Virus record (IMG/VR): IMGVR_UViG_3300024323_000002
Span: 1-61,268 of that record
DNA length: 61,268 nt
Reading direction: 5' to 3' (one strand)
From: a virus
Lineage: Duplodnaviria; Caudoviricetes
Shown: positions 43,948-54,736 of the stretch, in pieces
How the letters are laid out: each line of letters starts with the position of its first letter
Numbering within the stretch: the stretch's first letter is position 1
Translations under genes and position numbers: made by a program
Notes under the pieces: model-generated
The model's input: only the letters and a program-made list of their open reading frames with translations
What the model was told of the DNA's origin: nothing
The model's database searches: none

Positions 43948-45081
43948 GTGTCAGAACCATCTGCCGCGCCCGCGTCGACTGGTGCCGCCTCTACTCCGGC
44001 ACCCTCGAGCTCGGGCTCTACATCCACAACCCCCTCGCCTTCTTCGCATGGCTCGGCGCCCAGCTCGTCTGGCTCGCTATCCTCGCGAGAATTCGCCCGA
44101 CAACTTCGAAGCAAGCCATCTGGTGAGTTTCTAACTAGCCAGAAACCAGCTAACGACCAACTCGGTCAGACCAAGGAACTCGGAGAGGCCCAGGAAGCCA
44201 CCCCAGAGCCTCTCAGTGACGACGCACCGTGGCATGAACGGTATGCACAGGGAATCCACGGCGTGCCCGCCAAGGACCTGCTAGAGGCCTTAGAACAGGG
44301 GCGTGTGCCAGACGCCCTCATGAGCAAGCTCCGGCTGGCCATTGGAGACGACGGGTTCGAGGGCTCCCTCGATGAGCTCAAGAGCGGCGCCATGATGCGC
44401 CGCACGTTCACGCAGAAGAGCCAGGAGCTCGCCGAGCAGCGCCGAGCCTTCGAAGCCGAGCAGGGCGAGCTCGTGACTTACCTGTCCAACTGGAAGTCTG
44501 ACCCGCAACAGCTGCTCTATGGCATGCGCCGTCTCGGCATGCCCATTCAAGAGGTTGCCCAGATGCTCATCAACGAGGCTGTCACGGCAGACAAGCTGAA
44601 TGAAGCTGTGCCTGGCTCGGGCGATGAGTGGATCCAAGCGCAAATCATGAAGGCCGAGCACGCCGACCTGCTGAGACAGCATCAGCAGGCCGAAGAGCAG
44701 CGGCAGATGGCGGCGCAGAAGCAGAAGCAGGAGGCCATCTCTAACAACCTGCGCAGCATCGCAGTCAAAGAATTCGAGCTCGCCGGCCTCGATCACAAGC
44801 CGACTGCCTGGAACTTGTTCCGCGAACACTGCGCAGCGATCTACGAGGAAACCGGCAAGCTGTCACGTGCTGACGTGCGCCGCGCTGTGATCGACACCAA
44901 GGGCCAGATTGAAGACTATATAAAGAAGTACAACGTGCAGGTCGAGCGACCCACGCTCGGCGGCCCGCGGCTCGACGGCGGTGCGCCTCGAGCGACGAAT
45001 CCGTCTGCGCCGAGTCGGCCAGGCTCGCGCCAGCTCTCGTCTCGTGAGTTTGAGCGCCAGATTCGGTCGGGCAAACTTTGA
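43948..45081 (+). CDS. Scaffolding protein
   Basis: Between portal and MCP; SLDELKSG..M..FTQKSQELAEQRR; coiled coil. Confidence 0.8.
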   Translation: MSEPSAAPASTGAASTPAPSSSGSTSTTPSPSSHGSAPSSSGSLSSREFARQLRSKPSGEFLTSQKPANDQLGQTKELGEAQEATPEPLSDDAPWHERYAQGIHGVPAKDLLEALEQGRVPDALMSKLRLAIGDDGFEGSLDELKSGAMMRRTFTQKSQELAEQRRAFEAEQGELVTYLSNWKSDPQQLLYGMRRLGMPIQEVAQMLINEAVTADKLNEAVPGSGDEWIQAQIMKAEHADLLRQHQQAEEQRQMAAQKQKQEAISNNLRSIAVKEFELAGLDHKPTAWNLFREHCAAIYEETGKLSRADVRRAVIDTKGQIEDYIKKYNVQVERPTLGGPRLDGGAPRATNPSAPSRPGSRQLSSREFERQIRSGKL

Positions 45082-45085
45082 TACA

Positions 45086-45240
45086 TGTTATAATTCAGTA
45101 AGCACTAACTAACCAGTTCGCAAGAGGCCCGCGCGCATAAGAGTCCCCGAGAGGACAAGACTCTAACCATAAGTGGACAACCTCAGACTCGGTCGAGTGC
45201 GAAACCACCGTTTCCACACATCAGTTTGAGGTTTTCTAAC
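45086..45240 (+). ncRNA. Promoter (TGTTATAAT) and structured 5' leader of the capsid gene
   Basis: AGAGTC...GACTCT stem (45141-45164); AACCTCAGAC...GTTTGAGGTT long stem (45179-45233) enclosing GAAAC-CACC-GTTTC. Confidence 0.5.
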
Positions 45241-45242
45241 AT

Positions 45243-46550
45243 ATGGCATCCGCTAATACGGGCGCCCTTCTAAAAGAGGTTTACGGCGGGATGTCCAATC
45301 CCGTTGCTCCTGAGGGCTCCTTTGCAAAAGATATTGAGTTCGTTCCGCCTAAGGAACGAACAGGTCGAGATTACTACTTCCCCGTCCGCCTCGGCCTCGA
45401 GCAGGGCGCGAAGTACTCAGTCTCTCACGATGCGTTTACCCTGGCAACGCCAGTAGACGGCATCTACGAAGACGCCCAGCTCCAGGGCGCCGAGATCGCG
45501 ATGAAGGCGTCTCTCTCGTATGGCGAGATGAGTCGACTCAGCGCAGCCAAGGGCGAGAGCGCGAAAGCGTACGACCAGGGCGTTGCGATCAAGATCTTGA
45601 ATTTGACTCAAGGTATGGAGCAGCACCGGGAGATGAGTCTTTGGTACGGCCCAGGCGCTAATACCGCCGCCGCGCCTTTGGCTAACATCGGTGTTGTTGC
45701 AGCCGTTGGTGCTGCAGCCGCTGCAGACGGCATCCGTATCTTCACTATCACCCGCGCTTCGTTTATCCCAGGGTTCTGGCAGGACGCTCAGAATATCCTC
45801 TTGGAGTTCGTAGCAGCGGGCGCATTCGTTCCGTTCACAGTTACGACCCCTTGTAAGGTCATCGCAGTCGATATCAAGAACTGCAAGATCACTGTGCAGG
45901 GGCTCCAGGCTGAGGTGAATAACGTGGCTATGGCACCTCTTGCCACGGTTCACATTTACTCGTCTGTCGGTAACTCGATGATTGGCGCGCAGGCAATCTG
46001 TGAGAACGCAGGTGTCATGTTCGGCATTTCCGGCGCTCAGTTTCCCCAGTGGAAGGCCCAAACCTACCCGGTCAACGGCGCTTTGTCCTTCGACAAGTTG
46101 ATCGAGGGCATCACTCTCGCAGCTGACTCCGGCCTCGACGGCGGGTGCACTTGTTACGTGAATAACCGCTCTTGGTCGACTCTCCTGACCGATGAGGTTG
46201 CGATGCGTCGCTACCTCGGCTCGGACCTCGGGGGTAAGGCAAAGCCCGGTTTCCGCGAGATCGAGTTCATCACAAATTGCGGCGTAATCAAGATCAAACC
46301 GTATCGCTACATGAAGCAGTCGCTGGCGTTCGCCATCCCGACTGACGAGTGGAAGCGAGTCGGTTCGAGCGACATCACTGCAACGTTGCCCGGCAACCCA
46401 GACGAGTTCTTCTATCAGCAACTCGACAACGCTGCTGGTGCTCAGCTGCGCATGTACATGGATCAGGCAATCGTCTCCGAGATGCCGTTCCACAGCGTCA
46501 TCTTCTCCGCGATCGACAACCCCAACGACAGCATCCCATCGCTGACCTGA
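45243..46550 (+). CDS. Major capsid protein
   Basis: LKEVY, G..Y.FPV.L, size and position after the scaffold. Confidence 0.85.
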   Translation: MASANTGALLKEVYGGMSNPVAPEGSFAKDIEFVPPKERTGRDYYFPVRLGLEQGAKYSVSHDAFTLATPVDGIYEDAQLQGAEIAMKASLSYGEMSRLSAAKGESAKAYDQGVAIKILNLTQGMEQHREMSLWYGPGANTAAAPLANIGVVAAVGAAAAADGIRIFTITRASFIPGFWQDAQNILLEFVAAGAFVPFTVTTPCKVIAVDIKNCKITVQGLQAEVNNVAMAPLATVHIYSSVGNSMIGAQAICENAGVMFGISGAQFPQWKAQTYPVNGALSFDKLIEGITLAADSGLDGGCTCYVNNRSWSTLLTDEVAMRRYLGSDLGGKAKPGFREIEFITNCGVIKIKPYRYMKQSLAFAIPTDEWKRVGSSDITATLPGNPDEFFYQQLDNAAGAQLRMYMDQAIVSEMPFHSVIFSAIDNPNDSIPSLT

Positions 46551-46570
46551 TGCTTATATAGCCACCCCTT

Positions 46571-46619
46571 AGCCTCGGGGCTTACTCGCTTGAAACGAGG
46601 GGTCTCGAGGCTGTTGTTT
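46571..46619 (+). terminator. Putative terminator/hairpin after MCP
   Basis: AGCCTCG...CGAGGCT followed by GTTGTTT. Confidence 0.45.
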
Positions 46620-46641
46620 ATCTACAGAAAGATCTGACTAT

Positions 46642-47064
46642 ATGTTCCCGATCATGGCCGCCGTTCAGGCGGGTGCCGATATTCTCGGTGCAAAGAAGAA
46701 ACAGCAAGAGGCTCAGCGCACCAACGCAGCTCGAGCAGCCCTTGGCGAGGCCCCAACGGCCGACCCAGGCGACGGAGGTATGGGCGCGCTTCTAAAGGGC
46801 GCTGGCGGGCTCATGGGAGGCATGGGCGGGCAAGGAGCGGGAGGCACGCCGCCTGCCGAGGCGAAGGCCAATATCGCTAACGCGATGAACGCGTCGGCGA
46901 AGCCGTTCACCGGCCCGATTCCACAGCCCGGCGTGAAGCTACCGCCGCCACCCCCCGCGCCACCGAACCCGGCTCTAGGCGGACCGTCAGGCCCACCGAT
47001 GTCGGATCCCAACTCGTTCGCGCCAAACCTCTACGGCGACGACGACAACCTGATCCCGCGATAA
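46642..47064 (+). CDS. Gly/Pro-rich hypothetical virion protein
   Basis: ORF track. Confidence 0.6.
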   Translation: MFPIMAAVQAGADILGAKKKQQEAQRTNAARAALGEAPTADPGDGGMGALLKGAGGLMGGMGGQGAGGTPPAEAKANIANAMNASAKPFTGPIPQPGVKLPPPPPAPPNPALGGPSGPPMSDPNSFAPNLYGDDDNLIPR

Positions 47065-47067
47065 TCT

Positions 47068-48099
47068 ATGTTCACCGACGAGTTCGTATATCGCGTCAGG
47101 CAGATGTGCCAGCTGCCTAACAACGATCAGGACTGGGGAGACAGTGACATTCTCACTGAGGGCACGCTTGCGCTCAGAGAGCGGTTCACGCAGGTCGTCG
47201 CGAACATTCGTCAGGGTTACTGGCTCAAAGAGTACCAGATCCCGCTTGTGGCTGGCACGACGCAATATCGCATTCCCTACCGCTTCAGCGTGCAGGGGCT
47301 CGAGCTCGTCGAGGTCCAAAAGGCGAATAACTCGGGTCTGTGGCGCCAGCTGCAGATCGCGACGACATCGCAGACGACTGCCTACTCGACCCCGAGTCTC
47401 TACGAGCCAAGCCACTTCGAGATCCGCGGCGACAACCTCGTTCTTTACCCGACTCCGCAGCAAGACGGCTGGATGCGTATCCGCGGGTATCTGCGGCCGA
47501 GCGACTTGGTGCTGCAGCAAACGACTCCGTCGACCGAAGAAGGCCCTGGCTTCTCGAATGTCGGGTTTATCGAGTCGTGCGGGCTCGAAGACGATGGGCT
47601 CGGGAACCAGCTCTTCGTTGTCACCCTCGCTGAAGATGACTTCGATTTCACTAACTCAGTGGGCTTCGGCTTCGACGTCGTGCAAACAACGGGCTGCGCC
47701 GAGGTCACGCTGCCTAACATGTTTTGCTACACCTACGTAGCGCCGCGAACGCTGGCCTTTCGCATCGACTACCCTGGCCAGTTCGCCGCCTCGGACACTG
47801 TCGTGACCACGCAAGATGAGGACAGCCGGCGCGCTGCCTATCTCATCCACGCAGACGAGTCGATCACTATCCCGCTGCCGCAAGAGCTCCACTCGGCCCT
47901 CGTGGCCTGGACCAGCGCCGTCATACTAACCGAGCGCGGCGACCTGGAGAAGGCAGCCGCATGCGCCAAGAAAGCTGAGGCTGCGATTACGCGTGCCATC
48001 GACGTCATGACGCCGCGCATCAAAGCGCAGCCTTACACCTTCAAGACGCGCAACAGCTATTTGCGGAGACGTCAGGCGTGGGGATGGGGGCGGTGGTAA
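47068..48099 (+). CDS. Head-tail adaptor protein
   Basis: D.DIL, Y.IP.R, LYPTP, LPQELH pattern; position. Confidence 0.7.
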   Translation: MFTDEFVYRVRQMCQLPNNDQDWGDSDILTEGTLALRERFTQVVANIRQGYWLKEYQIPLVAGTTQYRIPYRFSVQGLELVEVQKANNSGLWRQLQIATTSQTTAYSTPSLYEPSHFEIRGDNLVLYPTPQQDGWMRIRGYLRPSDLVLQQTTPSTEEGPGFSNVGFIESCGLEDDGLGNQLFVVTLAEDDFDFTNSVGFGFDVVQTTGCAEVTLPNMFCYTYVAPRTLAFRIDYPGQFAASDTVVTTQDEDSRRAAYLIHADESITIPLPQELHSALVAWTSAVILTERGDLEKAAACAKKAEAAITRAIDVMTPRIKAQPYTFKTRNSYLRRRQAWGWGRW

Positions 48100-50910
48100 A
48101 TGCCAAAGCTCAAGACCACGCAAGTCAAGGTCTCTGCGCTCGCCACTAACCCCAACAAGTACGCACTGCCAGCTGGCTCGTGTGCCGTTGCTGAAAACGT
48201 AGTTATGCGCCAGCCTGGTGTGCTTACTCCGCTAGACGCAGATGTCACAGTTTATTCAACGGATACAGCCGGCATATACAAGCCAGTAAAGCTGTACAAC
48301 AGCCCGCTCTATGGGGGTCGCGTGGGCGTAGTCCAGGCGGACGCCGCGCAGTCGGCGATATGGAAATCGACGGAGCCAGAAACGCAGACGGGGCGCGTAG
48401 ATATGTACGCGTTTACAAATCAGTATACGGTTCCGCCATCGACACCAGCACCATCGCGAGACACTACGCAGCTATGCGTAGGTTGGAAGTTTATCACTGG
48501 TACGTCTGGCAACATCGAGCCCGTGAACCGCGCACCAGGATTTATCCCTGGCATGACGCACGATGCCTATAACACTTTCCGCAGTTTTCTTACCGAAAAG
48601 TGGGGAGTCATCGCGAGCAACGAGCGATACGCAGGGCTCTATGCGCCGATGCTGCAGCTTGCGCTGACGCAGATTGCGGCTGTGCCAGCAACGATCAACC
48701 AGGATAACTGGTTGGTGCCAGGTGGTACGGTTTCCTACCGCGCCGTTCTAAGCCTAGAAGTAGCGCAGCCCCCAGACGACCCGGAAGGGCTGTTTACGCC
48801 GGTTCCGAAGGCCTATATCGTCGTAGGACCGCCGTCGCAGGTGTTTTCAATAAAGAATGAAGACTATGGCGACAACTGCTGTGTGCAGATAATCCCGCGA
48901 CTGAATATGCACGATGCAATCGTGCCGGTGACCTATTACGCGGGCTGGAAGTATTACGTTTCGATTTATAGATGCCCGCAAGATGAGGTGCGTGATCCAA
49001 CGCGGCTCACCGACGACTACCGGCTGGTAGCGAAGCTGCTGGTGCCAGAACCTAGTGCTACGCAATTCCCAAGCATAGGCGCTGGCGCGTTCAACTGGAC
49101 AGACACTATTACAGAAGATTCGCGCAACGGCGGCGAGGCACTCTACACGAACACTGGCCAGCAGGGGGAACAGGGCGCGAACTATTGCCCGCCGAGCGCG
49201 GCAGACATCTGCGTCTTCAAAGACACCACGTTCTACGCAAACCGCGCGAGCTTCCCGACTAACGCCTTCGAAATGCGCGGTGCCTTCGGCGACTTGCTCA
49301 CGGACAGGGAGGTGACCTATGGAATAGGCCATCGCGCCGTGCAAGGCACTGCGACGGCAAGCTCGTTTCAGATACTAACTACGGCGCCAGAGCTTGTCGG
49401 AATGGAAATTGGACAGGTAATCGTGGGCGCTACGTTCGCCGCCCCGCCCCAGGCAAATGTTTGGCCAGCGGGTACGTACGTCACAATTACCTCGGTAAGT
49501 GTTGGCACGAACAGGTTCAGTGTGTCTGTAGCTGTGCCGCCTGGCACCTCGGGTGCAGTGAATATGGTCACAGCAGACCGAATCGACGTGCGGCTTGACT
49601 ACGCAGATGGCACGGCCTCACCTGTTATTCATTTCGACCCTACAGACCCAGTTGGATCTGCGACCGCCTGGAACGGCACGGCTGCAATGCCTGCGCTCTA
49701 CGCATGGCCAGCAGGTTTACGCTTCCAAACGCTCTTCGGCCATGTGATCGACTCCTACCCGCCGCAGGAGGGCTACAGATTCGCAATTACGCACACGACA
49801 CCCTGGCATAAGCGCGTGACCAAGCTGCGGGTCAGTATGACCAACCGGCAGAACTACTCGCCGCAAGGGGCGCCGATAGACGTTGGTACAGGTGTCGAGG
49901 GTACCTACGAGCTGCGACGCAACATCGTCTATCTGTCGAAGACGTCAGAGCCAGAGCACGTACCGCTCGGCAACTTCCAGATCATAGGCGCTGGCGTGAT
50001 CCTAAAGATGTGGTCGACGACGTCTGCCATCTTCTTTTTCTGCACCGATGGGGTTTGGCGGCTCACTGGCGACGGCACGACTTGGACCGTCGATCAGATT
50101 GACCCGACAGCCGTACTTATACACCCAGACCTCGTAACGTCGCTCAACAACAAGATCTACGCGATATTTCAAAGTGGTCTGGCTGTCGTAACCGATGCTG
50201 GCGTGCAAGTTGTTAGCGACGACGCTATTGGTTCTATGTTGCGGGATCAGGTTTCAGAGATGCGGGCTGAGCTTGGGTTCCCTGGTAAACGCCAGCAGTT
50301 GCCGTATGTATTTGGGCCGACGATGGAGGCGGACCATCACTTCAATGAGGTGTGGTGGGTACTAACCGTGTCCTTCGGCGGCGAATCGTATATGACTTCA
50401 TCGTATATCTTCAACGATGAGACCCAGGCCTTCACAACACAGACCAGCGCGTATAAGGGTATAACGTATTACGCCAGGAACGATAGGCTGGTGTATGTAA
50501 AGGGGTTGACCGAGTGGGACCTCGCAGTCAAAAGTGACTTCTACACGCCAGGCAGCGGTTTGGGGACCGGTAACCGCATGCCAGCAACGATCAGGTTCAA
50601 TCCGCTTGTATCCGAAGATATGGGGGACCTGAAAGAGTGGATCGACATGTCGTTCTTTATGGAGCTGTATGGAGAGATACGGTTGCTGTGGAATAACGAA
50701 GCAAGAGAATACGTCGCGAGCGTTGGGCCAGAGCAACGAAAGTTTCCAGCGGCGCACTTTTGGGTGCCGCGTGAATATTCGCTGCGACCGATTCTCGAGG
50801 ATTGCGGATTCACTACAAACATAGATGGGCTCCTGTTTCCAGCGCAGTTCACGCTATACGGCTTCACTGTCAGGTACCGCGTCGCCTCTGACACGCTCAA
50901 ACGCGCATGA
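48100..50910 (+). CDS. Tail nozzle / tubular protein (beta-propeller type)
   Basis: 936 aa; NVV...G, YLSK..EPEHVP, FFCTDGVWRLTG; position after the adaptor. Confidence 0.7.
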   Translation: MPKLKTTQVKVSALATNPNKYALPAGSCAVAENVVMRQPGVLTPLDADVTVYSTDTAGIYKPVKLYNSPLYGGRVGVVQADAAQSAIWKSTEPETQTGRVDMYAFTNQYTVPPSTPAPSRDTTQLCVGWKFITGTSGNIEPVNRAPGFIPGMTHDAYNTFRSFLTEKWGVIASNERYAGLYAPMLQLALTQIAAVPATINQDNWLVPGGTVSYRAVLSLEVAQPPDDPEGLFTPVPKAYIVVGPPSQVFSIKNEDYGDNCCVQIIPRLNMHDAIVPVTYYAGWKYYVSIYRCPQDEVRDPTRLTDDYRLVAKLLVPEPSATQFPSIGAGAFNWTDTITEDSRNGGEALYTNTGQQGEQGANYCPPSAADICVFKDTTFYANRASFPTNAFEMRGAFGDLLTDREVTYGIGHRAVQGTATASSFQILTTAPELVGMEIGQVIVGATFAAPPQANVWPAGTYVTITSVSVGTNRFSVSVAVPPGTSGAVNMVTADRIDVRLDYADGTASPVIHFDPTDPVGSATAWNGTAAMPALYAWPAGLRFQTLFGHVIDSYPPQEGYRFAITHTTPWHKRVTKLRVSMTNRQNYSPQGAPIDVGTGVEGTYELRRNIVYLSKTSEPEHVPLGNFQIIGAGVILKMWSTTSAIFFFCTDGVWRLTGDGTTWTVDQIDPTAVLIHPDLVTSLNNKIYAIFQSGLAVVTDAGVQVVSDDAIGSMLRDQVSEMRAELGFPGKRQQLPYVFGPTMEADHHFNEVWWVLTVSFGGESYMTSSYIFNDETQAFTTQTSAYKGITYYARNDRLVYVKGLTEWDLAVKSDFYTPGSGLGTGNRMPATIRFNPLVSEDMGDLKEWIDMSFFMELYGEIRLLWNNEAREYVASVGPEQRKFPAAHFWVPREYSLRPILEDCGFTTNIDGLLFPAQFTLYGFTVRYRVASDTLKRA

Positions 50911-51260
50911 GAAACACGCCTAACCTGCCGGTCACTATTGCCGATCAGAGTCTCAACAGATTCCTCACGGGGGTGCAAGCGTGTCTCCTCAGTGTGGTAG
51001 ACTTGATCATCTACGAGGACACGGTCGTGTGGCACCCGCCCTATCGTTTCTTCGTGCCGCTACGCAACGCAAAGCTGCGGCTCGAGCAGCCAAAGATCAT
51101 CGAGCTTGGACGAGCCGTAATCGTCAACGAGCCGGAAACACCGGTCCACTTCGGCGCGACGACTTGGAAGTGGCAGTCGAACAACCAAGTCACAGTTATT
51201 GATCAGGCAGGCCTTGTAGAAGGCGTTAGATATTCCCTTGTATATAAGGTCATTGGATAA
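50907..51260 (+). CDS. Hypothetical virion protein
   Basis: ATGA-coupled. Confidence 0.6.
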   Translation: MRNTPNLPVTIADQSLNRFLTGVQACLLSVVDLIIYEDTVVWHPPYRFFVPLRNAKLRLEQPKIIELGRAVIVNEPETPVHFGATTWKWQSNNQVTVIDQAGLVEGVRYSLVYKVIG

Positions 51261-52352
51261 ATGGTAACCCGCAAGACATACGCGCAGCCGAAGATGGACA
51301 AGGCTGCGGAGACCTACGGCAAGTTCGACCTCGGCGGGAACCTGCTCTTTGCGCCCGGCGCGGCCGACTACAACCGGCAAATCGACGATAGCGTCCGAGA
51401 CATCCAAGGCACGCAGGCGGACATCGCTTGGGAGAACTACAACGGCGCCAACGATGTAGCCAACGAGAATAAGGGCATCTGGGGCGACTACGCCTCGGGC
51501 ATCTCTGGCAAGATAGACCCTTTCTTTTCAGGCGTAGGCGCGAAAGACCAAGCGACGACTGACCAGTTCGTCGGCGCGATGGGTCAGTGGCAGAACCCCG
51601 CCGACCTGTTCAAGGACCCCAAGTTCATGAGCTATGTCGGCGATGCGCAGAACCATGCGTTTCGATCCGGCCAGGCGAAGGATGCGCAGACCTCGGCCCT
51701 CGGGCAGCTGTCGGCGCTGACGGGCACGAAGGAGACGGCGCAAGAGCGTTTGCTGCGCGAGATGGCCCGGCGCAAGCAGGAACAGAACGAGCGCGGCAAC
51801 AGAGAGGCGCTCAACTCGAGCTTGAAGGCGCGCGGAGCTTACGGTTCCGGCGCAGAGATCCTCGGCAACGCCATGAGTCAGCAAGGCACTGGGGAGCAGC
51901 GCAGCCTCGAGAACATGCAGGCGAACGCAGGCGCGCAGCAGCGAGCCATGCAGGCGCTGGGGCAGTACACAGCGGCGGGCCAGGCCATGGGCGCGCAGGA
52001 CCTCCAAGAGGGCGCCTACGCCAACGCCATGGATCAGTTCAATAACAACCTGCAGCAGCAATATAACAACTTCAAGGGCCAGCAGCAGATCGGCGCCGTG
52101 AACTCTGGCAACACAGAGCAGCGAACGCGGGCGACTGGCGTGGCCAATGCGCAGCTCGGCAACACAGGCCGACAACGCGCTGACTTTGGCACTGCGGACA
52201 CGATGAAACAGAATCTCGCGACCGGGGGCATGGGCGTGAACACGGCTGGTCAGTCGCTCAAGAGCGGCGCAGGCGGCGATCTGAGCAAGCAGCTTGGAAC
52301 TGAGGCCTCGACTCTCGAGTCGAAGAAGAAAGACGAAGGGTTCTTCGGATGA
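51261..52352 (+). CDS. Putative DNA ejection/pilot protein
   Basis: Gln/Ala/Gly/Asn-rich; ARG..GSG.E motif. Confidence 0.65.
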   Translation: MVTRKTYAQPKMDKAAETYGKFDLGGNLLFAPGAADYNRQIDDSVRDIQGTQADIAWENYNGANDVANENKGIWGDYASGISGKIDPFFSGVGAKDQATTDQFVGAMGQWQNPADLFKDPKFMSYVGDAQNHAFRSGQAKDAQTSALGQLSALTGTKETAQERLLREMARRKQEQNERGNREALNSSLKARGAYGSGAEILGNAMSQQGTGEQRSLENMQANAGAQQRAMQALGQYTAAGQAMGAQDLQEGAYANAMDQFNNNLQQQYNNFKGQQQIGAVNSGNTEQRTRATGVANAQLGNTGRQRADFGTADTMKQNLATGGMGVNTAGQSLKSGAGGDLSKQLGTEASTLESKKKDEGFFG

Positions 52353-54736
52353 GCAGGCAAGATCTACTTGACGAGCAGGAGATGGCTGGCCTCACGGGCA
52401 CGGGTATGCTCGTGCCGCCAGGCGAGAACCTGCGCTCTGTAATCCCAGAGGCCATTGCCACCGCTACGCCGGATCCAAACGCCGCAGTAGCGACTGCCAC
52501 GGGTGCAGCGCCTACGGTCGGGACCAATGCGGCGGGCCAGCCAGAGCTGAAGACCGATGCCATCGACACGAGTCTGCATGACAAGCGCACTGGTTATGAC
52601 GCTGCATCTGGCTATCGGCACAGCGATACGAACGATCTCTTGAAAGACCAGCAGAAGGTAGCAGCAGCCAATGCGCTGTATAGCTATGGCATGGGCACCG
52701 ACGAGCCAGCCGGCGCCGCAGACGCTAGCGGCGTCTCGCGCACGGGTCTGCCGACTTGGTATCATAACGCAAAGCTGCGCGGTGATAGGATCCCTGGCTC
52801 GAAGAACTCTCACTATGTGCTTGATGAAGCCACGTGGGAGCCACCCAAAGAGCAGCGCATCGGCAAGGGCATCGCGAACATGATCGCGAACATGTCGACT
52901 GCCGGGTCTCGGCTGGCGATGGGCGAGAAGGAAAGGCCCTTGGGCTTGCGCATGAAAGACGCCAAGCGCGTAGCGCTCGGCGAAGGCGCAGCGTCACTCG
53001 CTGACATGTTCATCGACCGCAAGAATCTGCGCTACCAAGACCTGCTCAAGACGGCCAAAGAAGAGTCGGAGATCGAGAAGAACAGAGCAGCGGGCACAAA
53101 GGGTGCGAAGGGCAGCGGCAGTCAGGCATCGCGCATGGCTGCCTTGACAGGTGTGCTCGGCGCCAACGCCACGCAGAACACCGGCGAACGACTGGAAAAG
53201 TCGAAGGAAGCTGAGGCTGCGCAGGCAATGATCGATACAGACCCGAGGCACCCGAAGGCAGAAGAGTTTCGGCGACACATTCTCGAGTCGACTGGCGGCT
53301 GGCTGAACGAGAACGATGTGCCTCACGCCTCGTATGCAGAGCTCGTGCGGCTGGAGACACGATTCGGCGAAGAGGCAGCGCGACGATCAGCCGCAGACGT
53401 AAAGCGCATCGAGCGCGACTGGCAGGTCTATATGGAACGCCATGGCAAGAACGAAGCTGCACAGAATGCGTTCAAAGCACAGCAGGAAGAGATAGCAAAG
53501 CAGCGTCGCGACAACTGGCTCGAAGCCGGCGAGTTTTGGCGAAGTGGCTCACCGCCGAAAGATGAGAAGATCTATCAGAAGGTGCGTGAATACCACGCAA
53601 TCTCGAACGGCATGATGGAAGGCCTCGACAAGCTCAGCGAGATCCAACAAGCGCTGACGAAGATGGGTCCGTTGTATGGCGCTGGCGGTGAGGTTATCAA
53701 ATTGCTCGGAGAAAAGCTGGGTATGAAGGATGCGCAGTATCTGACAAACCTCGGCTTCCAGCTGGCAGCGAGTTTGCGCAACCTGATCCGTAAGAAGGAA
53801 AACTTCGGTGTGCCGCAGCAGTGGGAGCAAGATCTCCTGCGCACTCAAGTGCTGGAGCCAGGTACGTTCATGTCGTGGCTACAAGGCACGAGTAGCTTTG
53901 ATTCTCTGTATGCGCTGACTAAGATGCAAGCGCGGCAGTGGCTGCGAGATGAAGGCGGCATCGGCTTCACGGACACGGACAAAGAGCCGCCCAAGTACAC
54001 AGGCGTAGCGCCAGTGCGAATCTCGGAGCCAATCGTGCGAGATCGACATGGCCAGCCGCTAAAAGACTGGGCCGAGATCGCCGACCAGGGGCGCGACCAG
54101 CTTGAGCAGATGGAGCAGTTCAGCCGTAGGCTGACTGATGAAGAAGTAAAGGCGACAGGTTGGAAACCAGGCCCACGCGGCGTGGCGGCACAGACCCCTG
54201 CGCGTGCACCCGCCGAGAGAGACCCAGCGACTGATGCCGCTGCAGCAGCTGCAGTGCCAGCGTTCAAGGCTGTCGCTGATCACATGACCAAAGGCACTCG
54301 GGAGCTCTACGAAGAGATCAAGCATCTAAAGGCGGAAGATTGGACGCCAGAGTTGGCGAAGGCGTGGAAAGAGCGCGCCATCGAGCTCAAGGACAAGATG
54401 CTGCAGGCTTTCACGAACATGCCGTTTGAAAAGCAGCTGAAGGACTTCTTCGGAGCCGAGGCACCTGCGCCACCGCACATGGGCACGATCGAGGTCTCAG
54501 GCCCCGAGGTTCGAGATAAGCCCAAGCCGAATGCGCTGCCCAACAAGCCAGCTGAGCCAGAGTCAGGCGACAAGAAGCCAACTAGATGGCGTATAACTAT
54601 GAACGGTAGGCCTTTTGCGACCAAGGAAAAGATTCCAGATGGCGCATCTCCGAAAGACGCTAACGCGGCATTCCAAAAGGGCCTATTGAATGTGCCAGAA
54701 GATAAACGCGGTGACTTCGGGCTAGAGGCATACTGA
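52349..54736 (+). CDS. Putative internal virion/ejection protein
   Basis: 795 aa, helical; position. Confidence 0.65.
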   Translation: MSRQDLLDEQEMAGLTGTGMLVPPGENLRSVIPEAIATATPDPNAAVATATGAAPTVGTNAAGQPELKTDAIDTSLHDKRTGYDAASGYRHSDTNDLLKDQQKVAAANALYSYGMGTDEPAGAADASGVSRTGLPTWYHNAKLRGDRIPGSKNSHYVLDEATWEPPKEQRIGKGIANMIANMSTAGSRLAMGEKERPLGLRMKDAKRVALGEGAASLADMFIDRKNLRYQDLLKTAKEESEIEKNRAAGTKGAKGSGSQASRMAALTGVLGANATQNTGERLEKSKEAEAAQAMIDTDPRHPKAEEFRRHILESTGGWLNENDVPHASYAELVRLETRFGEEAARRSAADVKRIERDWQVYMERHGKNEAAQNAFKAQQEEIAKQRRDNWLEAGEFWRSGSPPKDEKIYQKVREYHAISNGMMEGLDKLSEIQQALTKMGPLYGAGGEVIKLLGEKLGMKDAQYLTNLGFQLAASLRNLIRKKENFGVPQQWEQDLLRTQVLEPGTFMSWLQGTSSFDSLYALTKMQARQWLRDEGGIGFTDTDKEPPKYTGVAPVRISEPIVRDRHGQPLKDWAEIADQGRDQLEQMEQFSRRLTDEEVKATGWKPGPRGVAAQTPARAPAERDPATDAAAAAAVPAFKAVADHMTKGTRELYEEIKHLKAEDWTPELAKAWKERAIELKDKMLQAFTNMPFEKQLKDFFGAEAPAPPHMGTIEVSGPEVRDKPKPNALPNKPAEPESGDKKPTRWRITMNGRPFATKEKIPDGASPKDANAAFQKGLLNVPEDKRGDFGLEAY

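Noticed and set aside
45417-46493. Long antisense ORFs (e.g. 358 aa opposite MCP; also 42475..43293, 16611..17465, 11398..12141)
   Set aside because: These are shadow frames expected from GC-rich codon bias and have no motifs.
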